64,000 nt of DNA, taken from positions 2,294,001-2,358,000 of the forward strand of contig CM119373.1 in the NCBI GenBank assembly GCA_051294905.1, in the 5' to 3' direction. Below, in pieces: positions 10,644 through 25,917 of this stretch. The position numbers and the translations under genes were made by a program. Each line of letters starts with the position of its first letter. Position 1 is the stretch's first letter. The stretch comes from Botryllus schlosseri (taxonomy: Eukaryota). Under the pieces are notes generated by a model. It was given only the letters and a program-made list of their open reading frames with translations, made no database searches and was not told the DNA's origin.

Positions 10644-13600
10644 TACTATACTCATATTTCAACTACAGTAATTCCACTCCTAAATCTTTTCTTGGTAAAA
10701 AAAACTTGACACTTTGAGTGAAATTTTCCATGACATGTGAGCGATGAAGCCCCTGTACCGCGGAAACTGAATATATTGTCGTGAATTGCTCGTATTTGTA
10801 GCGGTCAATTTACGACAGTCGCAAAGACCCCCCCCCCTGCGATTTCGAAAGTGGTCGCCTCTGATTAGCTGCTCATGGTATGCGACCCATCCCATCTACA
10901 AAAATCCTATACTTTCAGACTACTTATTTCAGTGTTTACATTTTGATTTTGATTTTGTACTTCTACCTAAAAGTATTTCTCACACGTTTTTTAAATCGCT
11001 ACTTCTACTTGCAATTGAGCAGAAAATGACCGCTTTACTTCTAGTTCGGAACCAACGCCGACTACTTTGACCACCCCTTTCACTGCGTCACAACAGTTAC
11101 ATGAAATCACGCTATTTCTACAAATGGAGCTCATCGCACATTTTAATCGCCCCTCTCACATTATTCACCGGACCTGCGCCTCTGGGACGTACTTGTACAA
11201 TCTAACGATGTCGTTCAAGGGTCGCGACCCCAAATTTCGATTTGAAAATGTTTCGCGACACCTTCTCTCAATTTGGCGAGCCGATCACTACGAGTTTATT
11301 TACGTGATCATTACGCGTGTCATGTTAACAAATAGCACTACCTAGTTCACTTGTAATTTTCCCAGAAGGAAATATAGCCGTCCTATTGGTTTCTATGCTC
11401 TATGCTCCCGAAACTTTAATCATACTAATGACCAGACACGAGACACCAACTTGCGCTATAGTAGGTGGCGCTTTAAATCACGTTTCGACTGATATTATAG
11501 CTCGTTGCCGGGTTCGCATTGGTTTTTCCTCCTATTTTGAAAAATCAACTACAATATTCAGAAATGAGTTGCCGATGGCATCCGCTTAATTGACATTCTT
11601 TTATAATTGCTATTTAATTTTCGACTCCGCGATCCATTAGAACACGCAAACGACCCCATTAGAGTCGCGAATCTAGTTTGGGAACCCCATATCTACTTAG
11701 TTCATAAGTTATAATTCTAGCTGCGCTTGTTAAAAAGCATGTAGTTCTAGTTCTAAACGCGGTTCTTAAAAACTGAGTGATTCTTGCAGCCATGTCTAGC
11801 TCGGAGTCATCCGAGAGTCATATACAAACAGTGGTGTAGCCAGGGGGTAATTTTTCCAAGTTTCCATTTGGAAATCCCGTCATTTTGAAATGCCGATTGT
11901 GTATTTCTTAGCTTATTTACAACGCAGTAATTCGTACTATCAGTTATTAGTTAGTTGCGGATTGTTGAAGATCGTTAGTTCTAGTTCCAGATTCTTATAA
12001 TTTGTACAAGTGTGCTCTGGGAGAGAGAATAATAGATTACTGCGACGGCAGGTATAGTCCCAAACGATAGATTTTAACATTGTATCCACTTTCCCAGGAC
12101 TAACACACCGCGATTGCCAACTATCTCCGACCCCAACGGCGAGGTTACAGCGGGTGTTTTATTTCTAATTTGGGTGCTATCCATTTCGCCCCTCGTGTCC
12201 ACAACTTCAGAAGCGGGATTATCGCGCCTACTCGAGGTCTATACGTGACGAAAACAGAGCGGGTAACACGATACGGGAACCTCGCGATATAAAGGTCTGA
12301 GATTTCACAACGTCCGGGCGCCCGCCGATAAGTCGACCCATCAATAGAGAAAGGTTCTGGAACTACGCCGTGCTATATACACATACTCAAATGGGAAAAA
12401 TCAACGAATAAAGTTGATTTATCATATCCTCAATCGGTCGCGTATAGATATTCATCAAGTACGGAGTGGATCCATCCAGATGGAAAAATCTAGCGTGAAA
12501 CCGCCCAGAAACGCGGGGAATCACTACTAACGTATACCACACACGCAGTAATCTACCCCCAAATCCAATATACATAACAACATCGCAATCCCCACTAAAC
12601 ATGCAGACATTGATTCATCCAACTTTTGAATCAGCGGCTTATAAACAACCAATCCACTTCGTTGAAGGTCAACTATGAGCCAGTTACTAGTTCTAGTTCT
12701 ATATTTTAAAACGCGAGTAGTTCTACTTTTAATTGCGCATTTAAATGAACAGTTGCCGAACTACTATAAAACATGTGTCGTCGTTTGGCGTGAATCATGA
12801 TACCGGTGTTCTGATGAGTGATGTGCTTGCAGTCATTTCCAGCTCAGAGTCGGCACCTACTAACAGTGCCGATTACGATCAATTCAACATCAAGATTACA
12901 AAATAATGCCAATGTCGAATGCTTAATTGAGTCCTGTTCGAAATATGACGACGGTTTACCGTACGTAACACTGCTAATTAGTATGATATTATGACCAATT
13001 GATTATGACCTCGGGCGACTCGCAGAGATGTTATTGTATGCTGGATTTAAGTTATGAAATTCTACAAGTCATCTCGTTATCTGCTATTGCGAAATAACCA
13101 CAAGTGTTTGCTAGATACCAAAATTTAGCACGGACGAATACGGACCAAACGCGCTCGAAATATAATTCCGTTTACAACGATAAATCTTCCAGCGACAGCA
13201 TTACTTGGAAGACGAATCTCTGCTTGCGATGAGTCAACATCACAATCGCCACAGAACAAACATTGGTCAAGTACCAATTTGATATACACCCATTACGACA
13301 GCAGGGAAGAACCGCGCGGAATTCCACTGAACAATCGAGCGGCGCGAGCTATTCGAAAGACCGCAAACTCAAGCAGCAAATGATTTAGGTGCTAATCTGG
13401 CTATTATGGTGATACAGCCGCAGTCTAACTTCGCACTCAATTACTAGTGCTAAAATATCTTCCATGCAATATAATCCAATCGATCCGTACCGTCTGAACT
13501 TGAACGCTGGTCTTTTGACGACAAGAACTTTTTTAAGCTCCAAGGCATCGTACTCCGAATATAGCAGTCCCGACGGGGTACGTAATAATTACATATCAAT

Positions 13601-15959
13601 AGGCTAAATCCGTCAATAATAAAGAAGTCGAATCACAAATAAGGACTAACTGGGGTTTCTTCAGTTCGTAACAGGTTCAACACCGGACTACGCACAGTAT
13701 TGGAAATCGTTAACTGACCGGTGACCGCGCACAGTCTGTAAGCCGCCTGATTTGGAAAATTTAACTACAGAGCGTTGTAGACTGACAGCTTCACAATAAC
13801 TTAGAAAACGCCACAGTGCGCTCTGGTAGTACACTCTAATCTCATTTCTACTAAAGCTGACACAATAACATCGAACTGGATTCATCTATTCGCCTGCTCT
13901 AGTCGCTTGCACGAAATAGCTGAACGATATACTTCTACAATAAGCGAAAACCTGACTTCTAGACACAGAGCTGGAACATTAAAGCCTACGAGAGCTATAC
14001 GCCAACTCTTAACACATAGCCGAGTGTCGTCTACTCTAACAGTAGTGAGTGTCTCTTACGAGAGCGCTACGTCACGCCCCGATAATTTTCAAACAGATAG
14101 CGAGCTATCTTCAGAAATAAGAAAAGCCGTCGCACGTCAGGTATGTCGCTTATGCCAATAATCAGCTCGAGACTGAAATACGCGGTTTCATACCGTACCC
14201 CTGCGCAGTCAAGTACTCATCGACCATGGTTAAGTACCAAGGCAAGATGAACTAGCTTGTTAAGTGCCGTAGGCCACGCGAATTACATCAAACGCAGTTA
14301 CACCGTGGCGAAGACACAGGTAATTGAACATCGACATGACAAAAATACGCATAAACGCCCACGAAAGCTTGTCCCCAGTGCGTAGGTAAATTTTCGTGAA
14401 TTCAAGGAGGTCGCGTACTGCGTAAAAGCCGTTAGTTTACTTATCAAGGTGAGCCGGATGTCTGTCAACTACAACCATTGTGAGCACACATTATATGTCC
14501 TGGTGAGAGATGCTTGAAATAACAAAACAAAACGGGCCCGTAGGCAAACATTGTCACGGATACTGCGTCCCAGTGGGAATAGATTGAACCGCTCAAGGTG
14601 TCGTACAATATCATTCAGAAGTATAGGACCTTTCTCCGTACATAACCCGAGACGTAAACCCAAACAGAACCTCCTATCAATTACGGAAACTTATAAAGCG
14701 TCCATTGTGATGCTATCGTTGCAACAGAAGCGGCGTGTGTGGTTTCTCAACGCAGGCAATGGGGTTATTGGCTTACGCCGATTCTGATGCAGTGTTCACA
14801 TAGGTTTCAAGTGCCTGTACAGTGTACACTGCGTACAGACGGAATATCTTATCGTGCGAAACTTAACGGTAGATAGCAGACAGAAAGCGCTGCAGACGTC
14901 GGGTGATAAAACTGATAACCTCGCTCACAGTCACAACTACTTAGTCTGGATTAGCGGTCTCGGCGTTGCGATAAGTTGACACTATCAAAATTACGGAGCA
15001 ATATATGAATACGGCATTGGAATCAGGATCACAATTAAGACGATCATATATGAAGTCGCAATCATAATGCAAAGTTGCCATTGACTAGAATACCACTTCA
15101 CACCGATTGATCACGGTTGTGATGTCACAAAAGTAGTTCAAATCCTTGAAACACGATAGATCAGTGGTTCGCAAACTGGGGGCGTGAAAGCATCTCGTGG
15201 GAGGCGTGAAGCGCCTGAGAGAAATGGTATTTCTTGAACTTGGAATGTGTTTCATTTGCGCTGAAACTACCAAGTTTCATTAATGGCAATTATCCTAATT
15301 ACATTTCGATTTTACATGGCATAATTGCGTAGTTCCATCCAACACTGATGCTAGATTTTGACCGATACCGAACCTAGCACTAATCAAGAGATGTAGCCGA
15401 ATGGTGCCATTGGTTTTTGATTTTGCTTATGGTCAGGTAAGTTTGAGCTGAGTGGAAGTGGGGTAATAAAAGGGATTAGGCACCAAAATAGCTAAAATAT
15501 ATATGTGCTACCCGTCTGATACCCGCTTCAGAAACGAATCACTCTGGTACTAGATTTCGCCCTGTCCTAAAGTTGACCGAATCGCCTCAACCCTGCATGC
15601 AGTCGAGACTTTGTTATCGCCGACAGCGCTGATGTAATTCCCCGCGAAATCACGCTGATCTTCCGTAGCGAACCTTTGCTTAGTCGCGCGAATAAACAAA
15701 TACCAAAAGTTACGTAGTCAGTTCGTTATCGGAACGCAAACAGCGTGTAACATTCAAAGGCAGACAAGTCGAAAGCGCGCAATACATAGACCTCGTCGCA
15801 ATGTCGACATACTTGATCAAGTTTCGAAACACCTTTTACGCAAACAAACACCAAGTTATACATCGCCACACATTCCAGCCGCTCTGATATTGCGTCACAA
15901 GGTACACCGCTGTGACACAAATTCATTCGAAACGGCAACCCAATCGCATTAATATAAAA

Positions 15960-16333
15960 CAGGGGTTCCCAAAATTTTAGACACTGTGGCCCCGTGAAAA
16001 CTGTTGAAAAATTGATTGCCCCACTATTTTTAAAATCTATGAATAAAGTAAGATAGATTGTTTTAGAGCCTGGTTATATTCAGTTGATGTGATGGTTGAG
16101 CAAATGAGCATGTTTTCGCTCTGGTAATGCGTTATTCGCTTATTCGGTGGCCAAGGAGGAGGAAAATAAACTCAGGATTAAGAGGTTTGTTGTTGATGTC
16201 CTAGCAAGCTACTAGTTTCTTGTATTAAAGTATAGATGATTTACTTTTGTTATAGTGGATTTAAACTCAGAGATAATAGATGTTTTCATGTCCCCATGAA
16301 AAAGCTTCGTGGCCTCTAGATTTGGAGCCCCTG
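15960..16333. mobile_element. hAT (Charlie-like) MITE, 374 bp
   Basis: Ends CAGGGGTTCCCAAA / TTTGGAGCCCCTG with subterminal GTGGCCCC / GTGGCCTC. Flanks ATATAAAA vs ATGTAGCA (5/8, both with central TA). Confidence 0.65.
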
Positions 16334-17971
16334 ATGTAGCAAAATTTGCTAAAGATCATGTTACTATCCGAAGATTGCCACGAGTAAGATGCTATGGTGT
16401 GCCTTAATGATACTTCAGAAATACGCTAAATTTCAGTCAAACGCAGGCTTGCGGAGACGTGAAGGTCATCTACGACTTTGAGTGTGTCGCAATAGCACCT
16501 CTAAGTGTCGAAATACATTCGTGTTCACACTTTGATGCTCAAAAATTTCAAATCTCAGCAGTATCCAAATCGACGGAGAATAGGCCAACACTAAACACGA
16601 CAATTCTCCACAGAAATGCAGCAGTAAATTAATTGTGGAAACAGCACGAACGATTGGTCACTGTATACATGCAGATCCAATCGAAAGCACTATTTATTAC
16701 GTGATATAAATAGTGCAATTATTACGATTACAAGAACTCGACAATACAATTTATACCGGCACCATCAACAATGTGCTGCCGGACGTTTTATCACCGCCAA
16801 TCGTACTGCGATAAGCTTAAATACGGACAACATAAAAATAAACTACACGTCAGATTACGAGGGATAGTGGCTGCTCATTTCACAGTATTCTTCACCATAT
16901 TGTCACCTAATTAGTCATCGCAACACTCGATTACGGACGCAGGGAATGCGAGGAATTCCGCATGCGAAAATTCGAGTATTTTGCTAAAAAACAAACTACA
17001 ACAAACGGACGGATGAACTGTAGATTTCTACCTAACTTGGCTACTGCAGCAATGCCAACCTTAACATTATTCATTTTCTATGCATTCAACATAGGCACAC
17101 AGAAGGCCCCTTTTCCCTTCATAAACCAGACGTGGTCATCTTGTACTCGCCATATCGTAACGGACGTGACGTAATTAATAAAAAAAAATTCCACCCCTGG
17201 TTCGCCTTATGAACGTTCAACTTTGCAGACCCTACAGATCGTGTGTAATGAAATTATATATCCCATACATTTTTAAGTGTACGCACTACCTTCGCTTCGC
17301 GTAAGGAGAATACAGAGCAGACTTAATCTAATTTGAAAAGCCTGGAAATGTTCTAGTCACTCTGTACTACAGTGGCACTACGACAAAGCAACAGTTATCA
17401 TCGCTTCCGATCGTAGCGTACAAAAATAATCTCACATCAAACCTCGCGTTAACAATATACCGCATTGTTCCCTTATCGCTCATCACTATCAGTGATCAAA
17501 CTACCAAAATCAGCACGCAGGCTACTACAGAGCTTCGCACGGTCAACGCTTTTCAAATTTGCTCGCAAGGGTACAACCTGCTAACTACAGACTTACCCCC
17601 GACTGATGTGCACTTACGGATTCACTCGCAGCAGGTAGGTAAGCGCATATTAAACATTATAATCCTCTCAACGGGAAGAAGAGATATCGTGAGTCAGCGC
17701 GTACCATCCCACATACGTAACAAGTCGACAAGTAGCATGTAATCTCCTCCAGCCCCTATCTGGTATATAGTAATCAGGATATTCGGCGTGGATTCCATTA
17801 AGCGGATTAGGGCGTATCTACAGGTACTCGTAGCGCAAGTGTGCGTTGCACAAAACCAGTGGTTTCAACCTTTTTGACCTCGCGGTGGAGTGCCAGATGC
17901 TCTATATTCCTCCGTATCAGCGAAGCATTAGAAATTTGCGTTGTTCAGTTTCCGACGAAATCTCGGATTCG

Positions 17972-18345
17972 AAAAAATTTGGATTCTGAATAAAATAGTA
18001 TTTACGGTGACCAATTCTTTAATTATTTATTATAGTGGTGCACACCGTAAATACTATTTTATTCAAATCCAAATTTTTCGACGGCAATAACTCCGCTTCC
18101 ACTGTTTGGAATTGAACCAAATTTGGTGAACATCGTTTCTATAGACAACCCAACACTTTCATGGGGTCAACAGAAAATTTTCAAATTTTTTGTTATTTAT
18201 TTTTATATAATAAATAGAAATTTACTTCTCCTGTAGCAATGCGGCTACCGGTTGGAATTGAACCAAATTTGGTGTGTAGGCTTAAATTAGGTAACCTAAC
18301 AATTTGATCAAGTAGCCAGCACGATTTGAGAAAAAAAAAGCCCTA
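17972..18345. mobile_element. Partial copy of the foldback element (centre plus one arm), opposite orientation
   Basis: Aligns by eye to 36360-36747 and ends AAGCCCTA. The central spacer is the reverse complement of that in the 36-kb copy. Confidence 0.88.
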
Positions 18346-18659
18346 TTAAACATATCTAAAGGTGGAGGCTATATTTCATGCGTCGCCTTATGCGTACATA
18401 TGGATCCAATACCGCTTTTCCCCTGATTATCGGCACCATGACAAGAGATATGGATAGTAAGGCATTTTCTACCAAAAATTCGTTTGTATATTTTCGGACT
18501 TTAAAATTGACAGATGTTGGAAATTCGACGTGATTCGAATACCGAAACTACTAAATCCTCTCTCGGATTGGACGCTACGGACTGGACAGTGTACCGTACA
18601 CTATTGCACATGTGCAGCACACCACACAGCGAGGGCGTGATTGCAGAGTTGAACATATA

Positions 18660-18910
18660 GAAAACTTTCAGCTTTTCAAAATAAAATTAGAATCAGAACT
18701 ACAGCTACACATTATTTTTTCCAAGTTAGACTAGAATTGAATTACTAAATTCGCGAAAACTTGGACATTGAATAAAGTACAGTTCATATTAAATCAGTGT
18801 ACCTTCTCGTTTCGCATTATACAGTTCTCAAGTAATATTTTCAGGAAAACCACAAATTAGATTAGAATTTCACTCTGTTTTGTCAGATTGGATAACTAGA
18901 ATTATACAAC
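18660..18910 (-). repeat. 42-bp-minisatellite element, internally deleted
   Basis: TTTCAGCTTTTC end, TTCCAAGTTAGACTAGAATT units, TTCGCGAAAACTTG and CAGGAAAACC. Confidence 0.72.
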
Positions 18911-21900
18911 AGCCCCAAGTCTACATACAGGGTTGTATTAGGGGGCGCAAAATAATAAATATTAGCAATAAATTCAGACTGCAACCAATTCTCGGAGTGA
19001 TGTAATATTGAGACAAACCCTTTACATCACCAGTGCATTTGATAAGGTTACATCCTGGCCACACAATGACAAGAAGTTTCAACGTCACCAGAACCAAATG
19101 TAACCACAATCCTCGATATAAAATCGGCGATCAATACGTATACAGCGCTGCATGCGCGTTGCAAACAGGCCCATGAAGAGATAGAATAGACGTGACAATA
19201 CAACGCCGAGTAGCGTCTCGCGCGCTCCAAATATACGTATGTGTTACCAGCGTAACGGCACAGCTCACCAATGCATCATAATTTCCACGAAACGCATCCA
19301 CGACATATAACCTAGTACACAGGTTCGGGGTTAACCAAAGAAGGGAACCTGTATTACCTCTCACCATGTAAAAGTAAGTTAATGGCTGATTTAATACATG
19401 ACAGGTTTTGCTGTTCCAAGAAGAACTCGGGAATGTAGCACGTATTGAAAACTACATCAAACGGTGTTACGTTAGCCGTTGTGACATACAAAAAGTGTTC
19501 CAAAGGGTCTCTCTCTCTCCTTCAAGATGAAATATACAGTAAACTGTGCACACTTCTGCTAGACATGGATCAGGTAAATATTCATAATTCCATAGCTTCA
19601 TAGACACCGTGTAACCGTGACGTAATGGAATCAAGCGATTGGAAAATTTGTAGACAAAGTTACTGTACGGTTTTCATACTACTAAGCGTAAGAATGGTGC
19701 TTCCCTATAGTTTTTAGCGATAATATCAATTTTTGTGAAATCAAATGTCTTTGTGGCGATACAAAACGCACAAGATTTAAAATGGTAGCACGTCCATCGC
19801 GATTTGTATTCGAATATCCGAGTCATAAAAACACACGCTTTCAAACTAAGAGTAATATTTCACCAACGAAAAACATAGTTTCAATATTTTATTATCAAAG
19901 TCGGAGTCTCAAGACTTCAATTGACCGTATCTCCGCAACGAGAAACGTGTAACGCAAGGCTAAGAATATTTATGGTACGGCATTTCCGTCACGTAGTGAT
20001 CGACCTTCAAAATGGTCACAAAGCGCTGCGCAACAGTCATGATCCAGAAATACGTAAGTATTTTGGATAACGTGAGCGTGGCATCATATTTCTCGCGGCC
20101 GCAATGTTGATACATGTGTGAACTTTTCACAATGAACTAAAACCGCTATGTCGTCATCATAGAATCGATTCACACGTATATGCTCGATTATGCCAAGGCC
20201 TACTCGCCACCACTGGACTAGGATTCTAAAACAACGGCAAGGATTCGATATCTTTTGCATACGCTTTAAGTGCGCATATGATTCCTACTAGTCTTGAATC
20301 AGCAATGGATTTCGTCTGAGTTAAATAGGTCGAGTATCATCCTTGGCAGACAGACCTATGAGCGAGACATACAAAATCCGCGCCCTTCTAATTTATCAGC
20401 AACTCAAACACATCACGATCTGTCAGTCAACAAAAATCTACGCGACATTGTATATTAGCGCGTTAAATGACAGGTAGGATTCGCGTTCAGCTCATTATCC
20501 CCGTGAAATTCCCGGAAATCTGCCGATATTCGGCTAAAAGACGGGCGGCAAAACTAGTCGAAAATGTCAGTAACGACCTCTGTGATTATACCATACATCA
20601 AAGCAGACGCATGTCGAAAGTTCTATTGTGCAAGCGGTGTTTGTATATACGCCGAGAAGATTAACGCGTGCGTACAATATAAACATGGCATCGACTGTGC
20701 GAGGTAACGCGCCAGTTCGACTTGTCGGCACCGACCGCTACAAATCTGTGTGCACTGCATACATACATATTGTTGTGTTTGAGTCGAGTTGTTAAAATCC
20801 GCAATTCCAATTCAGGTAATAGAAACGAAACATATGTGTTTCAACTGCTAAATATAGTTTAGCGAAATCGGATGGAGCATGGTCTAATCACGACCGGGAC
20901 TCGGACAACTGCATAATTCTAGTTGTGCAATTAGACCTAATAAAACGAAATTTAAAATTCAAATCTGATTTGTAAAATATTTCATGTACATGTACAAGAT
21001 ATTGTGCAGTGTACGGTTTCTACCACGCGCTAAAATTTGAAATCAAGGTTTGACTGAGATTTTCGAGCCCGATATAAATACTTTACGAACTAATGAAATA
21101 TCAACGCCGTTTCACCATGATGGCAAAATAAGAATAGATTCGTCGATAGGGTGGAAAACAATTATTCGCCGAGAGTTATATTTTCAACGATAATTATACT
21201 TCGACACTTTTTCGTAACGTTCAAGGCTTGAAACCGCGATTGGTCCAATCAATGCACCCAAAACATGTAGTACACAGCTACGCACGTTATTGGAAACTGG
21301 AAATGATATTTTTGTGAAGCCGTGGTCAACACATAGCAGTGCCACAAAGTGCAATGATATAAGTGTGATCGAAATAACACCAACACCAGCGCAGAACTGG
21401 AAATCTATTTTTCGTGGCCACATAACAGTACATGTTTGAACTTGACACATCATCCATGCTCGAATGATGTCGTGGGTGATACTTGAAAGCTCGACTCGAA
21501 TTGAGTCAATTGAGGTACTCGATTCTACCCCGCATTGTGCGTCGAACGAATTCGAAATACGTCAACGAAGTTCGAACAGAAATTGAAACACCAGAGATCG
21601 AACACCACAAAGTCACTTCACCGCCATCTGACGGAACCATCCACGCTGTCAGTGAGAAAAGACTCACCGTTTGCGAGTAGTTCAACATTTACCATCTGAA
21701 AATTGTGGTTAGTCAATCAAATTGTACACTACCATAAATGACCCAAATCAACGCGCTATCTAACCAGTGGTAGCGATAACGTTACTACGATAGAAAGCAT
21801 TATAGCGGTTTCCAATCGCGGTCTCAGATTTGACCAGCACCCGTGAAGACTTTTGAAAATTTACAAAACAGATTATTATAATGGCCTCTCGCGAATACCA

Positions 21901-22519
21901 AGAACGCTCGTGGGGCGCATGGTGCTGCTACCTTGTTAATTCGTACTGTATTTAAAACGGCGAATAGTTGATGACAATATTGTTGAAAATATCACAGGCA
22001 ACATACTGATTATAACTATTTGGTTATGGTTATAGATCACCGGAAATATCAAAATATATACTATACATATGCCCGGTTTATAGGCATAGCTGGCTTAATC
22101 TACGAACGTCGCACAGGTGCGTTGGCGATTTCCCACCGGTTAAACAACATAACGCCCGAAATATTCCCACACGTGGTTACCCAAAACAGCTAGATCCGAG
22201 TATGTAAATACATCGGCTGAAAGGGTGCTCAAAATTAAATGATTTCTCGAAGTCGCTAGGGTCTTCGAGTCGTGTTGGGCGACAGTACTACACATGCCCC
22301 GGTCGCGTACCTTACGACTGACTGCCGATAGCGTGAGCTTAATTAAAAATGATCACCAAGCGAGGTAAACGGGGGTTGGAATACCGCTCAAGCAGAACCT
22401 ATAGGTCGCGGTAGCGTAGAAATGTGATCTGAAATTCTACGAGACTGAACATTACACAATTAAACGTATATCTAAGCATTACTTGATCTGGGACTGATTT
22501 TTCATTCGGAGTTGAAGAA

Positions 22520-22900
22520 TTGGAAGCTTTTGAGCATTTTCCAGTTAGATTAATATTAGAGCTACAGCTATACATTTTTTTTCAAATTATACCCACACAT
22601 ATTTTCCAAATTAGTTTGAAATTAGAATTATAGCTACACAAGTTTTTCCAAATTAGATTAGAACTAGAATTACTGAATTCGCGAAAACTTTGAAATGTAA
22701 TCAAGTTGAGTTCGTATCAAATAAGAATACATTCTGATAAGCACGAGAATGGAAAATGTCTGTGCAGCAAGCTTGGCTCGCTCAGCACTATATAGTTATC
22801 CTGTAGCATATTCAGGGAAACCTGAAATTATATCAGAATTAGAATTAGAGCAAAGAAACATTTCACAAATTAGTGTAATTATACAACTAGAACTACCTAG
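22520..22900 (-). repeat. 42-bp-minisatellite element
   Basis: Full core AAATGTCTGTGCAGCAAGCTTGGCTCGCTCAGCACTATA flanked by arrays. Confidence 0.82.
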
Positions 22901-25125
22901 TTGCCCAAGTGTGCATGTAAATACCGTTTTCTGTTTTAAAACACTCTCATGTTTTCTTTTCAGGTACAAAAATAAGACCTCGTAACCTCTCACACATTAT
23001 TTAACGTTCGCTTGCAAATGAATGTAACTTTATTCGTGCATTTGCGTTACGCTTACGGCTTACCTTTATCTCAATCGTCCGCTATTGGCTCAACAAACTA
23101 ATCAAATTTAGTACTAAAATGTAATTTTCCAGTGGTTTGTTCGCTAGCACACAGAAGCTAACAGATATGAAATCGCACCAATAAGAATTGCAGCAACGTA
23201 AAAGCGTTTTGCGTATTGACAGAGAAGTAAATTAAATCAAGTTTTCTTTCACCGCTGTTGCCTCGGTACAAAACATTGACGCTTGCTTTTACGACACGCT
23301 TCCGGCAACCACGCCTGCGCTACCATTGTAGCAAATGGACTTGCAATACTAAATCGTACAATTACCGCTACATTAAGGTATTCATTATCGACAGAAATAC
23401 TATGTCATTTTCTTAGTTATCGAATCAAGATAGTGCGACTGTAACGACCTCGTAAATTTTCGAATGGAACTTCGGTATCAGATAACATTCGCAACTATGA
23501 CAAAAAAGGAAATTCCGGGTGACAGCGAGACTCGTAATATAGGCCATTTCAAATAAAATATATCACAAACATTCCACGCATTCCGGCCTATCGCTCATAT
23601 AGTCCTTGTTTTCGATCTAATGAATATTCAAATTCCCAATTGAACTGGTAGACCCAGTGCCGGATACGGACTAAAAAATATAAACCATCTCATCTCCGTT
23701 TCATAGCGGTTAGCACTGCCAGAAAGTGTAATATCAACATGTAGATTGTAGATATCAGCAATCGCAAACGTGCAATGCTGCAGATTTGGTATGCTGTCCA
23801 GTTCGGGACAGATAAGCCGACAGTTCGGTTACATATGGCGATGTCGAATGTACTGTGAGCATGAGCGTGTTGATGAAAAAAACATGTCTTGCATTGCACG
23901 ACAGAAATATTTGACCTGCGGGGGGGTTACAGTTTCAGTCAATAATACACACGAGCAATTGCAAAACCCTAAATCCCATCGAGTTCACCGCAAAACTTCA
24001 AAAACATCTTCCACTCGGCGACAAGTGTTTACCGCGATCAATAGTTACCAAAATCGGTGACTGACACATAATGTACGGCCTAATATCACATTTCTACGCC
24101 CAAAACACTCCGGCATTTGATTGACATATCCTGTTTACCGTTTCTTTGTACCGGAATACACGACAGAAAACTGAATTGCCCGCGGTTTTGCCCTTCGCAC
24201 GATGTCATATGTTGGTGGTAATCGACCTTACGAAAAATCTAATACGTCAGGGTACTATTGTATGCAAGGTCGGGGATTTGGGAACACAGCCTTATCTTCA
24301 GTCGACATGTGATCGAACAACTTCCACTATTCTCACGGTCATGTTCTCTGTACCAACTAAGCTTTCTCGATGCTGCCGGGTTCAAATATCACGACGCGAC
24401 GATCATGCTAGCTACGTCATGCAGCCGAACAGCGACAGAAACAATAGGCCTATGCCGATTGGGCACAGACGACGGATCTGAAACGTGTACAGTTGTACAC
24501 AGTACAAATAGGCGGAATATGCATCTGAAAGGCTGAAGCAAACGTTTGCAAATCGTGCTAATATGAATACACCAGAGTACAGCCATGAGCGAATCAATAA
24601 TTTGACAAACTTTAAATATATTATTGCTGTAACAGGTATGAAGATATACATAATTAAGGGATTACTAATGAAGGAACAATAATTAACTGATTAAACACCA
24701 TGTCTCATGGAGATTGGTTCAAGTCTCGTTTCAAAATTGACACATCGGGATCACACGCTTCATAGACAATGATGCTAGCATATAGTTCGGAATCATGGCA
24801 TGTAGGCGATGGGCACCATCGGGATAATGCTGGGACTGGCGGAATACAAACAAGTTAAAGCGTAACCCAGAAAGAAAATCAAGAGGTGTCAATATTTTCA
24901 ACAGTGAAATCACGTCAGATATACTAACAGAAGGAAGGGATATCAGGTCAGATTGCTAAAAATCAAAATTCGCAGGCGTCAACGCGCTTTCAGCGCTCCT
25001 GTGTGTACGCCATTGGTTGGAAATGACTTCACCGCATCGTCGGAGGGTAAAATAACTGCCCGCGAATATTCACAACATCACCTATTAAAATTTTGAAGCA
25101 GCAACAGTATAATACAAAGTGTATA

Positions 25126-25395
25126 CAGGTCTTAGGCGGTCAAAGTACTCATCGTTGTAGTACTCAAGTAGACGTATAAGTAACAACGTCAATTGCTGCT
25201 CAATTACAAGTAAAAGTACCAATTTCCGTGAAACGCAAGTATTCCAGGTCTAGTTTTGCGTAAAAAACTGAATTCTATGAAGTAGAAGTAGGAGTAGTCT
25301 CAAGTCCAAACCGCTTGAGGATGTATCACTAGAAGTCAAAACCTATTTCAACTACTTCAATAAAGTTAAAGTTTTTCTTTACTCACCACCTCCTG
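25126..25395. repeat. Decayed hAT MITE with AAGTA/TACTT repeats (Tol2-like); relatives at 10905-11079, 30010-30150, 61890-62040
   Basis: GGCGGTCAAAGTACTC near the left end, ACTCACCACCTCCTG right end, many AGTAGAAGTAG motifs. The termini resemble Tol2 CAGAGGTGTAAAAAGTACTC. Confidence 0.55.
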
Positions 25396-25674
25396 TAATA
25401 AATGGTGGAGATTAATGCCCCATCCGAACTCCAGTTGTAACGGATTTAGAAAAAAATTAAGTCGACACGGTTGTCGACGGCTTTCCAAATCATCACTTGG
25501 AGTCGCATTTTAATCAAAATACGCCAAGCTCGTGTTAACACCTAACAGAAAGCGTTCGCGTACCATCTAAAATAGTACACTGAGCCCATGCGATCTCTCC
25601 ATTTCGATTATTTGACATTTCATCGGTTAAGTCATATTTTGTGATATAATGTTCTTTCCAATTCTGTACTAGTT

Positions 25675-25718
25675 GCTGAGGATTACCCCTGACGAGTGTC
25701 AGCCGAAAATATTCGGGT
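25675..25718 (+). ncRNA. Minimal hammerhead ribozyme in a solo pLTR fragment (about 25631-25748), core intact
   Basis: Identical to the 36.9-kb copy from stem I to stem I (CTGACGA 25689-25695, GAAA 25705-25708, predicted cut after C25714). The upstream motif reads GCTGAGG instead of GCTGACG. Confidence 0.8.
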
Positions 25719-25917
25719 TTATTTCCACATCAGTATATTATTCAATTGTGAATCCATACTAGTACACAATCAACACATATTAAGATGTTAATACCCGGCG
25801 TGCAGCCGATATGGGTACTGCTCCACAACAACAAATTTCCAAGCCGTCCGCGTTATCACGTAGGCAAATAAAAGGTCCCCACTCTACGCAATTACATACT
25901 TTATTACCATTACTCAC

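Noticed and set aside
21184-21453. ORFs 21184..21453 and 52784..53023 resemble each other (LISLHFVALLCVDHGF / LISFHFVTMLWDDHGF)
   Set aside because: The similarity comes from a shared interspersed repeat; the frames are not conserved overall.
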